64,000 nucleotides of DNA, from IMG/VR virus record IMGVR_UViG_3300008117_000011, positions 124,001 to 188,000 of that record. One strand, written 5' to 3'. Position 1 is the first letter of the stretch; every line of letters starts with the position of its first letter. Under the pieces are notes generated by a model that was not told the DNA's origin, ran no database searches, and worked only from the letters and a program-made list of their open reading frames with translations. Positions 36,101 through 45,450 of the stretch are shown piece by piece. A program made the position numbers and the translations under genes.

Positions 36101-39100
36101 ACCCCAACCTTTTTATTTGTAACAATAAAATTACCTGGTGTTTGACCTGTTAATATATTTGTTGTTTGACTTGGTGATATTTTGTAAAAACCAGTTGACC
36201 CTGGTACACCGCTTATTTGTGAAACAATTTTTGTACCTAGGTCAAGAGAACTCCCTGAAAGTGTTTCACCTGGTTCTAACGCAATAAAATTTACTGATAG
36301 AACTTCAAGGGTATCTCCACTCACATAATAAGTTCCGGTAATATCATTTAATTCTGAAAAAACTTTAGACCCTTGGAAAAATGTGTTATAATCATTTATT
36401 AATTTCGGATAGAACCCGGTATTTATAATGTCTTTATAATTTGTTCCAATGGTGGCTGTTTCATCCAAAAATATATCGTAGTTTTGTCCATCAACATTTA
36501 CTTGATATTGTGTTGTTGATGCCGAATAAAATGGATCATAGTTATATATGTAATCCGTGTCTTTCCAGACATCGGTTAATATATCAACACCATTTTCAAT
36601 CCAGTTTTTATATCTATACCATATAGAACCATATTTTAAAACCCAAGCATATGGTAATTCGTGTACCGCACCAAATTTTAGTAATGAAGGTAATATATAC
36701 CCTTTAGTTGATACACTACCATCTGAATTATAAAGTTTATATTTATCTCTTAATGTTGCTAATGGTAGACTATTCAAAAATAGATATGCGGCCGTTTTAA
36801 ATGGTGACAAATCATTTTGATCATACGTTGCGTTTTTTACACCTAGTTGTATTGCATTTGAGAATATTGGTGTATTAAAAATTGATGTTGTTTGGTTTGG
36901 TGTTAGTCCACCATCATACCCTTCATATGTAACATTACCCTCCGTTGCAAACTGGTCTTTAATTTGTCTAGTTGTGTAAAATGTATTTAAGTTTGTTAAA
37001 TTTAAAGTCTGATTAAAAACATCTTGTTTATAATTAAAGTTTGTAACAGGTGATAATGTTTTATTTTTTATTAACTTTATTGATGTGTTATATTCAAGTG
37101 TGTCACTTGTTTTAAATGTATCACCCTCTGATTGTATTGCAACACCATTTACTAAATTATCTTTACACCAGGTTAAGTTTGTTAATGGATACAAATCAGT
37201 AAAATCAAATTCATCAACAATATTTTTTTCAAAATATGCAACACTTTCATCATTTTTTGTTAAACCAATACTTGGGAGCGCGGCATTACTTTGGAGGATT
37301 GAACCTTTATATAAAAAGAATGGTACATTAACGTCATTTTTAATATATGATGTATTATACTCTTTTCTTATAAAATTTTGGTAAGATGGTCCCTCACCTT
37401 GATTTGATATTTGTTTTAAGAATGTTTGATAGTTTTGCGCATTAATATCATACTCTTTTAATTTTTTAATTAAAAACGGATTATCATTTCCCAACGCTTT
37501 AACAATATCACTTGATTCAGATTCAGATACAAAAGAATTTATGTTATATTGCTTAACACTATTTCTATTCATTTTTGTATAAAAAGAATTAAGTAACATT
37601 CTTTCGTAAATCTCATAAAAGAATTTAACTTCTTCAGTGTTTTGATACACATCATTACCTATTGTGAACTCAATGGCATTGAAGCTAAATCTATCTGGTT
37701 TATCTAAAAAGTTACCTGTGTCCCCAGCGCTAATGCTAGGACTCTCTCTTTCTGTAAACCCTCTTAGGAACTCCTCAACAAACTGGACCTCTGGCCATAT
37801 TTCTGGGAAATACGCATTTATCTTTGTTGCAATATCGCTATCACCAGGATATTTTAGAACATACTTTTCTTTCCCATCTTCCAATACTTCACCGATAACT
37901 TGGGGCCAAGGATATATTGGTGTATTAATTTCGTTATTTTTATTATCAACACTACTTGTATTTAAAACGGCTTTTCGTCTATTGGGATCATCTCTTAAAT
38001 CCCAAGCTTTAGTGTGAACATCATCTAATAATCTTAAAAATGCTTCACCTTGTGCAAAAAACACAGCCATAACATTTCTAATGGTTGGTTGAAATCCTAA
38101 TCCATTAGTTTTATTTTCAAATTGCGCTTGTATTTCTTTTGTTAAACTTTCCTCAACTTCTTGTTTTTTTGTAACAAATTTTTCTTCAATGTTTTTTATA
38201 ACATCCAAAAACGAGTTGACACCATCAAAAACAATTAATCCCTTATATTTTCCTAAACTTACTCCGTTTATAATTTCATTTGCTATTTGATTTCTAAACT
38301 TTTCATATTCATTAGTTTGGAGTGGAACACCATTTCTTTTTTTATATGTTTTTTCAATATTGATATCATTAATTGTTACTGGTTTGAAAAAAATGCCTGG
38401 TGTAATAGCTACTGGTATGTCTTTTCCTACAACCGGATTTGATGTAAGTTGTGTGTTATATTTGGTTATTTTTGATTCTAGATTTTGTAAAGCCTTTTCT
38501 TGGTTTTCACTATCGTTAATTAAGTCTTTTCTAAATTGATAAAATATAGTTTCATTTGTATTGTTTTGAATAAACACAAGTTCTTGATCACAAAATTCTC
38601 TAGCCCAAGATGTTTGTAATTCGTAATAAACTTTTTTTGTATACTCGGCAATGGTGTCAGTGTAACTTTCAAGTTTATTTATTTTATCTAAATTTGTTTT
38701 TTTAAATTGTTCTTCAATATTTGTAATTAACTTTTCAAGTCTTGTTTTTAATTCAAGAATTGTTATTTCAGGAAAATCATCAGCAATTAAACCTTTTGAT
38801 TTATATTCCGAATAAATTTCTTTCATTTTTTGTAGGCCACCACTACTATGTGTCTGTTCTACAGTTGTTTTAGTATTTGCTGGATTATCAGAATTTATAA
38901 TTTGTTTATCAACTTTAACTCTATACATTGATGGAACAGCCATCATTTGTGCCCAAGTGATATCGGCCATAAGTGTATATTTGTAAGTATAAAACTCACA
39001 CCTTACTCTAAAATTATGTGTTGATGGGTCAAATGAAGCATTAAATGATTGTAACATTAATGGAATTCTAATTGCTTTTCCAAGATATCCTTTAAGTGTT

Positions 39101-39681
39101 AAATAAAATAATGGATAAGGTAAATTAAAAAAGGCGGCATATGGGGAGTTGTTCCCAGCTTCAAATAAAGCTCTACCTTTAACATCCTCAAGGGTAATTT
39201 CAATTACTGGTAAAAAATCAGTACCTATATTTACATTAATATCAACAATACCAAGTAATCCATTATCTACAGCTCCTGGGTCGCCATTTGATTTTATTAT
39301 CTGACTATAGTAATAATCATCAGATAAATCTGGATTTTTTGTAATATTAATTGCTGGTTGATTTACACCTTTACCTTGTAGTGTGTCCTTACCAGTTATT
39401 TCATCACTCCAGGCATTGTCTAAAAATTCTCTAAATCCAGGATTTAAAAAATTAATTTTACCTACAGACACTGTTCTTATGGCTTCGGTTTGTGGGACAC
39501 CAACCGCTAATTTTGTTCTTGGTAAAACAGAACATTCAAGATTTGCATACATAACAAGATTTTCTTGTTGTATAAGTCTATCTTGTACATTACCATCTAA
39601 ATCAACAATTTTGTTTGGGTCTATTAGTGATATATTTTGGTAATCAAATTCAACTAATATATTTTCTGAATTATCTACCAT
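33193..39681 (-). CDS. 2162-aa baseplate hub protein (gp27/gpD-like) with probable C-terminal lysozyme/GH73-like domain
   Basis: CSIDMMGNALIQP...SGPYMITSVKHRIS hub signature. C-terminal MYIETG...NNYAAVR...YVSFSSFENFVDFF. Follows the LysM gene. Confidence 0.65.
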   Translation of the reverse strand: MVDNSENILVEFDYQNISLIDPNKIVDLDGNVQDRLIQQENLVMYANLECSVLPRTKLAVGVPQTEAIRTVSVGKINFLNPGFREFLDNAWSDEITGKDTLQGKGVNQPAINITKNPDLSDDYYYSQIIKSNGDPGAVDNGLLGIVDINVNIGTDFLPVIEITLEDVKGRALFEAGNNSPYAAFFNLPYPLFYLTLKGYLGKAIRIPLMLQSFNASFDPSTHNFRVRCEFYTYKYTLMADITWAQMMAVPSMYRVKVDKQIINSDNPANTKTTVEQTHSSGGLQKMKEIYSEYKSKGLIADDFPEITILELKTRLEKLITNIEEQFKKTNLDKINKLESYTDTIAEYTKKVYYELQTSWAREFCDQELVFIQNNTNETIFYQFRKDLINDSENQEKALQNLESKITKYNTQLTSNPVVGKDIPVAITPGIFFKPVTINDINIEKTYKKRNGVPLQTNEYEKFRNQIANEIINGVSLGKYKGLIVFDGVNSFLDVIKNIEEKFVTKKQEVEESLTKEIQAQFENKTNGLGFQPTIRNVMAVFFAQGEAFLRLLDDVHTKAWDLRDDPNRRKAVLNTSSVDNKNNEINTPIYPWPQVIGEVLEDGKEKYVLKYPGDSDIATKINAYFPEIWPEVQFVEEFLRGFTERESPSISAGDTGNFLDKPDRFSFNAIEFTIGNDVYQNTEEVKFFYEIYERMLLNSFYTKMNRNSVKQYNINSFVSESESSDIVKALGNDNPFLIKKLKEYDINAQNYQTFLKQISNQGEGPSYQNFIRKEYNTSYIKNDVNVPFFLYKGSILQSNAALPSIGLTKNDESVAYFEKNIVDEFDFTDLYPLTNLTWCKDNLVNGVAIQSEGDTFKTSDTLEYNTSIKLIKNKTLSPVTNFNYKQDVFNQTLNLTNLNTFYTTRQIKDQFATEGNVTYEGYDGGLTPNQTTSIFNTPIFSNAIQLGVKNATYDQNDLSPFKTAAYLFLNSLPLATLRDKYKLYNSDGSVSTKGYILPSLLKFGAVHELPYAWVLKYGSIWYRYKNWIENGVDILTDVWKDTDYIYNYDPFYSASTTQYQVNVDGQNYDIFLDETATIGTNYKDIINTGFYPKLINDYNTFFQGSKVFSELNDITGTYYVSGDTLEVLSVNFIALEPGETLSGSSLDLGTKIVSQISGVPGSTGFYKISPSQTTNILTGQTPGNFIVTNKKVGVFSNQNIQNAINTNFKMLISPPTVINAPFGYDITNPTTAINVTPWNCYVLSQDNQSIYLMPSLGSNVNQTSSECFSLTNTKILSVPNNPAVHNGSVRLFWQAPNYGYFDVSKLIKPNPDQYIRDVFSDSETQQNFGLFGTNEYTNISELFTTFSKDILDKFEEQFLLFSSNASNFESNLSPKNPDENTELTYENFQGLMREMFKIEKVDGLTGTALIDKLKDNQKTKIQNTLDLFMGYSVVFKNGNPSNFDRRTFYSFSNLPVIDKYTWEGYQQKTPNALPTNGGSVTLIQSKTAYPDQWKALETYVGFSDITGLVYTNNGSYITDFFVDFNIEFSVNNIKNLSPIIKIYAKEKLKDSTMNQSKFLDLMTTYLNNGETYLNIILDSTLTTTRAKLPNITITAESEGVKFKEYNGDVTRYEMWDSFKSINDKWISGADLKSRTLFEDILILDRASRDVGNRIFVDIFKVQNMISSMNYNNRMLGVIEQIFVDNRFKSFIMPAYANFYNVQDASKTPTPKPEGTTEFANSLFGTFLNVDYRDTRTKYVSIYAYAPSQHLAMNENVDYRYRDDAFDLRRATENPLLENQTDKTNWDKSNKVVGFTVDFGPQNQQVFKQLDIAQDPGLPTAESEQLLTQMANQYRNRGGATQSVSLYNVYRNRSYRCSIDMMGNALIQPMMYFHLRNVPLFSGPYMITSVKHRISRNGFDTYIEGQRQPFYSIPAVETLLQSLTTQILTTLKERVEEKEKVINDTNTILALKSDVINKINTTQAVLTANQACQEKLNTSFTQYTNQTPQETTITFDKATQIIATRINQTTSMSVTNKGKLLDFIMSTMYIETGKGQKFVSYDNNYAAVRLDINPYGGAANTYFKPNYYCVSRGSIINVPYVSFSSFENFVDFFIAKYKDKAPDIRENPSDKNIVIDSISRAYVTTWPSNIETTIYTDLSDDDKEKIKNKVKYVIDYLRSVGYQ

Positions 39682-39994
39682 AATATAAGAAATAATTATC
39701 TACTTGTAATTTATAATCTTGTAAAGACGTGACTAATGGAAATGGTATTGTAAGGACCGCTCCGTCAGGAATGTTAGATTCAAATCCGGTATATCCAGGA
39801 TTTGCAACCATAATTAACCAACCAAAAAATGGACTATCATAATATTGTTGTGATATTTTATCAAGTCTTGATTTACCCATAATATAGATATACTTCTTAT
39901 CAGTTGGTTTACTTGGTAAGTCAACGTACGGAACAGTTGTTTGTACTCCGTTAAACAAAAATTGATTATATCTATTATAATATTGCAATGCCAT
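39671..39994 (-). CDS. LysM-like baseplate protein (P2 gpX / T4 gp53-like)
   Basis: SRLDKISQQYYDSPFFGWLIMVANP...IPDGAVLTIP. Confidence 0.8.
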   Translation of the reverse strand: MALQYYNRYNQFLFNGVQTTVPYVDLPSKPTDKKYIYIMGKSRLDKISQQYYDSPFFGWLIMVANPGYTGFESNIPDGAVLTIPFPLVTSLQDYKLQVDNYFLYYGR

Positions 39995-39996
39995 AA

Positions 39997-42900
39997 TTAA
40001 TCAAATGCCACTTTACCGTTGAAGGTGTTTTTCTTTTTATTTGTATTCAAATCACTATACGCTTCTTTGAGTAATTTTTGATTGTCCTTTGTATTGTCGT
40101 TTACCTCTGTTGAGTACTCAAGTTCACTTTCTGGTTTGTCAATTTTAAAATTAACAAATTTTTGATATTCAGGACTTGTTTCAAAATCGGTAAATACCTT
40201 TTTCTCAGCATCAAATTCTTTTATATGTTCTGTTTTAACACTTGCACAAGTTTCTTTTATTGTATTTTCCATTGTTGTGTTAAGTTTTACTCTTTCAGTA
40301 ATAATACTTTCTACAAATGTATTATACTTACTATCATCAGTAAAGATATTTGACATAACAAAGTAAAATCTAAGATCCGCATCATCTAACAATATACCAT
40401 TAACTAATGGTACAAATGTAAAATTACTATCATCTACAAAACTATTATTTAGTATTTTTTTATCATTTATGGTTTTGAAATAATCATTTAAATTTGTTAC
40501 AATTTTATCTGGATAAATTTTTTGTAACTCTTGTTGTTTTGATTGATTTAGAACATTATCTAAATTATAAACTTTATATTTACCTGTCTCTAATTTATAA
40601 CCATCAATTACGTTTCCAATAACAAGATCCAAATCTTTAAATATTTGAACATAATTTTGCTGATAGTTTGTAAGTTCATTAATAAAACCTACGGTATCGT
40701 CAAGTATTTTATTTTCTTGTTCTGAGACAAGTTCAATTAGTTTATTTTTGTATTCTCTTTTTGTTTGTTTAGAATATTCATCAGTTGCAATAGGTCTAAC
40801 TAATGGACAATTATCATCTTCAATATCTTTTATAGTTTGTTTAATTAAACTAGTTACTAAATCTTCATATTGAATCATCTTACCTAGAATTTCAACTTCT
40901 ATTGGTGGTATTGCCTGTTCATTTTCTTTTTCCGGTAAATTACCTTTACTATAATTCCTAGTTTTAGAAAGTATTTGTAGTGTTGGGTAATTTCTAACTT
41001 CGTTTATTGATTTAAGTTGGTTAAATATTGTTGTAAAATACGTATTTGTTGATGTTGATAGATTTTCAAATAATTTAGTATATTCAATATTACCAGTTTG
41101 GTATGCACCATCGTCAAAGTTGCTAGTTGATAGTATGGTACCAATAGTACTTCCACCCTTTTCTGGGATTAAATTTTGTATATCACCATTGTTAACCCCT
41201 AATCCCGGATTGTTATTTAATATTTTTTGAACTAAAGCTTCGTCTTTATCTTTTGTACTTTCTGTTGGGATTGACCTTTCATCATATATTTCTGTATTTG
41301 CATAGAAATTAAATGAAAGTGCGTTTTGTAGTTGTTGGACCGGATTCGCAAGACCCTGTCCACCAATAAAGTCAAAACCTAATGAAATTTTTGCAATCAT
41401 AGGTTGTACACCAATTCCTTCAGGATTTATGTCATATAAAAGTGGTTCATATGATATTTGTAAATCATTTGGTATTATCTTTGAGTGGAAGAAGTCACCA
41501 ATTCTTAGAACTAGCACTGGTGGTGCCCCAAAAGATGTATTTCTAGCATCATTATATTTTGGTTTACCATCCGGACCAATTACTGGAATTGTTTGTCCAG
41601 GTCTTACACATTGTTGTAAGAATGTAAGTCTAGCGTTTAATCCTTCTGGTGTCATTGAATGGAAGGCCGGATTAAAGAATTTTATTTTATCTTTAAAGCT
41701 TGAGTATACCATTGGGTTTGTTTCTTTGATTACCTCAAAATAATCACATTCAGAAAATAATGTTCTTAATACTTGTTTAGAAATACCATCTTTAATTTTT
41801 TTATCAATAGTTGGTTTTGGTGTTGGTGTTGGTTTTGGTGCTTCAATATTTTCTTTACCACAAGCATTACGACAATTTGTTTCACCAGTAAATTGTGCTG
41901 GATCATTTGGTGATGTAACTTCAATACAATTACCATCAACACAATTAAATCTTCTATTGTCAACCGGAACTATAGGATTTACAACTGGTACTTCTACAAC
42001 TTCAATATCTACTGGTGGCGGTGTAAAACTATCAATATTAATTTTAGTTATTGCGACTCTGCGACAAGCCATCGCTGGTACACTATACCATTGTGATAAA
42101 GATGTTACTTTATTTGTACTAGCATCTTGTATGTCCGCGGTACAAACAACATTTGTAATACTAGGGTCACCACTTGTATTAGGTATTACAGTTTCTTCAC
42201 CTAACGAACTAAAAGAAAATTTTACTTGTCCTCCTTCAATCCACTCACTTATTTTTTTATCACCAACAGTTTGATCTTTAAACCAATTTTCAACAACACT
42301 ATTTCTTCTTTGTGATAATTTTTTATTATAAGCTTCTTTTGCTGGCGCCGATGCGGAGCCAGTTAGTTCTATTGTAACTTTTCCTTGATAATCAACAAGT
42401 AGTTCTTTTAGTTTAGGTAGGAATTCAGTTTTTATTGCGTTAAAATTTCCTTCAACAACTTTATTGAAAAATGGTGCAACACCACTAGAGGTGTACTCTT
42501 TCCCAGCGCTGATTACTTTTGCCGGTGCTTTTGACACGTAATCTGTTGATTTTTTACCTATATATTGATCATACCAAAATTGGAAGGATGAATTTAAATT
42601 TGTTTCAAAACTTGTTTGTCCAATTGGGTAGTCATTGTCAAAGTAAAAACCATAACCAATGAATTTGTTTAAATCGTTACCAAATGTATCTTGTGTCACA
42701 TCACTAACTTTAGATGTGAATGTTTCTGTTGTTTGATTATCACCCTTTTTACTACCATCAGATGTACTATTTGATCCATTCGTTCCTTGTCCACCGGTAT
42801 TACCAACAATTTCTTGATTTACCAACTTAATTTCTTCATCGGTTGCACCCGGATTTTGTAATATTTGTTGATAAGTATATAATTTGTCGGTAGGTATTGT

Positions 42901-45108
42901 ATTAAACTTAGCTGCTAGTTCATATAAATCATATTTTACGCAACCAGCAAAAAATGAATCCATTATTGAGTCAATTCTTTCTGGTGGAACGTTTGCTAGT
43001 TGTTTTTCAATAATTGTGTTCATCGCTGATGGGTGGTCAACAATAATTTTCCAACTTATACTTCCACCTCTTGTTGTTTCTTTGTATGTATATATTGGTT
43101 CTGGTCTACCTAAAAATGATGTTGGGTTCCAAGTGGCTCTTGAGGATTCACTAAAACTTAAATCATAAGGTGGGAACCACATAGTTCTACCTCCGTTTGG
43201 TCCTTTTTCACAAGTCGGTAAATCTTGATATGTAAACCCTGGTCTGTCTGATGTTCTCCAAGCTAAGTTTTCAAGTGAGAACATATATTTCTTTACCTTA
43301 CCATCAACAATGTTTGTTGATCCTGGATTTCTTAATGGTGCAATATTTAAATTAAATGTATTATCAAGAACTGAATTATTAAATCTTCTTCCAGCTGTTG
43401 TAATACCATCAGTTTTTTGTAAATCAGCATATGTTAGATATGGTGTATCTTTTTGAAATACTCTACAATATTCAATTCCAGCTTCAGCTCCAGATGTGTT
43501 ATCGGTATATGAAACAACCCTTGACCCTTTTGTCATTTCTTTATACCCATCATTGAAAACTTTTGATACTTGATTAATTGCGTTTCCAACGTGTTGTAAT
43601 CTTCTAATACCAGTTACACTATCAGCAGAGTCTACAAGTCGTTGAGTATTATCAAGTATTGACCCTTGTTTAAACTCAAATCCGGTAGATTCGGTATCAT
43701 CATTAAATTCATTTTTAACTTCAAAAAATTCTTCGTCCTGACTTGTTGGGTCTCCGCCAGGTTTTACTTTAAAGCCTAAGTTATCTTTATATTTTGGTGA
43801 TACCCAAGTAAATTGTCCTGTAATACCCCCTTGGTCAGAATATGATTTACCAGCAAGACCAAATTTTATTTTTGCGTCATTACCTTCATATAGTTTTCCA
43901 AGTTCAGACGGTCCGTAAACTGGTGATGGTTGTTGTTTACCATAAGCGTCAACCGGAATTTCATTATCTGGTGAATCAACTCTTGATGGGTCAGTTTTTT
44001 CGTCTCCAACATAAAATCCACCACCTTGTGTTGTATTGTTACCTAATAAGTTATTAATGGCTGTTGTAGCACCCAAAAGTAATCCTTTGTTATAACTTGG
44101 TCTATATTTGTTATAATCTAAACTTTTAAATAAAACAGATTTTTGTCCGTACCCAGTGTTTGATAAAAATAATTCTGACGGATTTCTATATTTGTTTAAT
44201 ATTGGGCCAAGTAGTCCACCAGTTAAATTATTAACAACATTTAATGCATTTTCTGTTTGTGGTGAAAGAACTTGATTTGTTTCATCAAAGTAATCACCAG
44301 GAATAAAAGATACTGGAAAATAAGTTCCAGTTATTCTATTTAAAAGATTTACACCAGCAAGTAATGGGTTTTCTGGTACAGTAATTTTCCAGTTCTTACC
44401 AATAAGTGGTTGTTGTCCCGTTGCAACAAGACTTGCCTCAAATGGGTCTTGTAGTGAATCTAAATTTACAACACTATTTAAAATTTGTTGCTCTTCATAT
44501 GCAATTCTTTCTTCAAAAGCAAATTTTAAAGAATCAGCACCTATTTTTGCAAGAAATGAATCTTGTGATAAAGGCCCATCTGATCCTTGTGGTGTATTTG
44601 ATGTAATAATTTCAAATGGCGTGTATTGTGAAGGAATAAATACAAGCGGATTTAAATCATAATATGGTAAAAAATATTGGTATCCAGGGGTTACGTCAGT
44701 TACAATTACCAAATCTTTGTAACCAGCTTCTGGTCCAAATGCATTTTTTACATATGCCGCATCAATATAGAATTCATTTATAAGTTCTAAATCACTATCT
44801 TCATATCCATATTCTCCTTGGTTTGACTCAACTGGAAGTGGTGGATTATTTGTGTTTACAATTACACTATAACCACCTTCTGGACCATACTCATTTAACG
44901 GATAAAGTTCATTTGCTTGAACTGCTGTTCCTACTAAGTCATTTGGTGAATCAATTACTGAATTATCAGAAAGTGGCGTTGCTTCATATACAACATCACC
45001 TGCTGGTGCTGTATAAGCTCCGGGAACATTATATGGTGCCAGGTTTCTGGCAATAAGAGTGTTCCTAAACGATGAGGATGATGCAAATGATAATGAGCTT
45101 TCTGACAT
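39997..45108 (-). CDS. 1703-aa tail-tube initiator/baseplate protein with inserted OmpA-like domain
   Basis: FPPYDLSFSESSRATWNPTSFLGRPEPIYTY...SISW and APPVLVLRIGDFF tube-initiator-like motifs. IELTGSAS...YNKKLSQRR...LGE...CRRV OmpA-like motif. Confidence 0.65.
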   Translation of the reverse strand: MSESSLSFASSSSFRNTLIARNLAPYNVPGAYTAPAGDVVYEATPLSDNSVIDSPNDLVGTAVQANELYPLNEYGPEGGYSVIVNTNNPPLPVESNQGEYGYEDSDLELINEFYIDAAYVKNAFGPEAGYKDLVIVTDVTPGYQYFLPYYDLNPLVFIPSQYTPFEIITSNTPQGSDGPLSQDSFLAKIGADSLKFAFEERIAYEEQQILNSVVNLDSLQDPFEASLVATGQQPLIGKNWKITVPENPLLAGVNLLNRITGTYFPVSFIPGDYFDETNQVLSPQTENALNVVNNLTGGLLGPILNKYRNPSELFLSNTGYGQKSVLFKSLDYNKYRPSYNKGLLLGATTAINNLLGNNTTQGGGFYVGDEKTDPSRVDSPDNEIPVDAYGKQQPSPVYGPSELGKLYEGNDAKIKFGLAGKSYSDQGGITGQFTWVSPKYKDNLGFKVKPGGDPTSQDEEFFEVKNEFNDDTESTGFEFKQGSILDNTQRLVDSADSVTGIRRLQHVGNAINQVSKVFNDGYKEMTKGSRVVSYTDNTSGAEAGIEYCRVFQKDTPYLTYADLQKTDGITTAGRRFNNSVLDNTFNLNIAPLRNPGSTNIVDGKVKKYMFSLENLAWRTSDRPGFTYQDLPTCEKGPNGGRTMWFPPYDLSFSESSRATWNPTSFLGRPEPIYTYKETTRGGSISWKIIVDHPSAMNTIIEKQLANVPPERIDSIMDSFFAGCVKYDLYELAAKFNTIPTDKLYTYQQILQNPGATDEEIKLVNQEIVGNTGGQGTNGSNSTSDGSKKGDNQTTETFTSKVSDVTQDTFGNDLNKFIGYGFYFDNDYPIGQTSFETNLNSSFQFWYDQYIGKKSTDYVSKAPAKVISAGKEYTSSGVAPFFNKVVEGNFNAIKTEFLPKLKELLVDYQGKVTIELTGSASAPAKEAYNKKLSQRRNSVVENWFKDQTVGDKKISEWIEGGQVKFSFSSLGEETVIPNTSGDPSITNVVCTADIQDASTNKVTSLSQWYSVPAMACRRVAITKINIDSFTPPPVDIEVVEVPVVNPIVPVDNRRFNCVDGNCIEVTSPNDPAQFTGETNCRNACGKENIEAPKPTPTPKPTIDKKIKDGISKQVLRTLFSECDYFEVIKETNPMVYSSFKDKIKFFNPAFHSMTPEGLNARLTFLQQCVRPGQTIPVIGPDGKPKYNDARNTSFGAPPVLVLRIGDFFHSKIIPNDLQISYEPLLYDINPEGIGVQPMIAKISLGFDFIGGQGLANPVQQLQNALSFNFYANTEIYDERSIPTESTKDKDEALVQKILNNNPGLGVNNGDIQNLIPEKGGSTIGTILSTSNFDDGAYQTGNIEYTKLFENLSTSTNTYFTTIFNQLKSINEVRNYPTLQILSKTRNYSKGNLPEKENEQAIPPIEVEILGKMIQYEDLVTSLIKQTIKDIEDDNCPLVRPIATDEYSKQTKREYKNKLIELVSEQENKILDDTVGFINELTNYQQNYVQIFKDLDLVIGNVIDGYKLETGKYKVYNLDNVLNQSKQQELQKIYPDKIVTNLNDYFKTINDKKILNNSFVDDSNFTFVPLVNGILLDDADLRFYFVMSNIFTDDSKYNTFVESIITERVKLNTTMENTIKETCASVKTEHIKEFDAEKKVFTDFETSPEYQKFVNFKIDKPESELEYSTEVNDNTKDNQKLLKEAYSDLNTNKKKNTFNGKVAFD

Positions 45109-45156
45109 TTATTTCATTTTAATATAAATAGATTGTTGTTACTTTTTATAAAAATA

Positions 45157-45450
45157 TTAATCTTTATTAGTAAGTCTTGGTCCTGTTAAATTATACCTAT
45201 TTTCAACATCCATAATTCTTGATCTAATCAAATTAATGTTGTTATTACTTTCAGCACCTGTAAACCACTTTTCAACACCTTGTGATATTAATGTTGTTAG
45301 TGCTTGATTTTGTAAATTAGGGTCCATTGTTACATTTACATCAACTTTTATATTTTCATTAATATCAATTGGCTTAAATTCAATCGCATTTAAATTTTGT
45401 GAGATTGATTGACTTGAAATTTTTTGTTCAACTTGAAATTTTTTGTTCAA
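45157..45450 (-). pseudogene. C-terminal fragment of the tape-measure-like gene, out of frame because of a 19-bp duplication
   Basis: VEQKISS occurs in both ORFs. Deleting one repeat copy fuses 47194..45157 into a 672-aa ORF. Confidence 0.8.
45412..45449. repeat. Perfect 19-bp tandem duplication ACTTGAAATTTTTTGTTCA x2
   Basis: Copies at 45412-45430 and 45431-45449, followed by ACTT. Confidence 0.97.

Noticed and set aside
45157-45450. Independent 97-aa gene
   Set aside because: Its TTG start lies at the edge of the 19-bp duplication; it is better explained as the tape-measure C-terminus.
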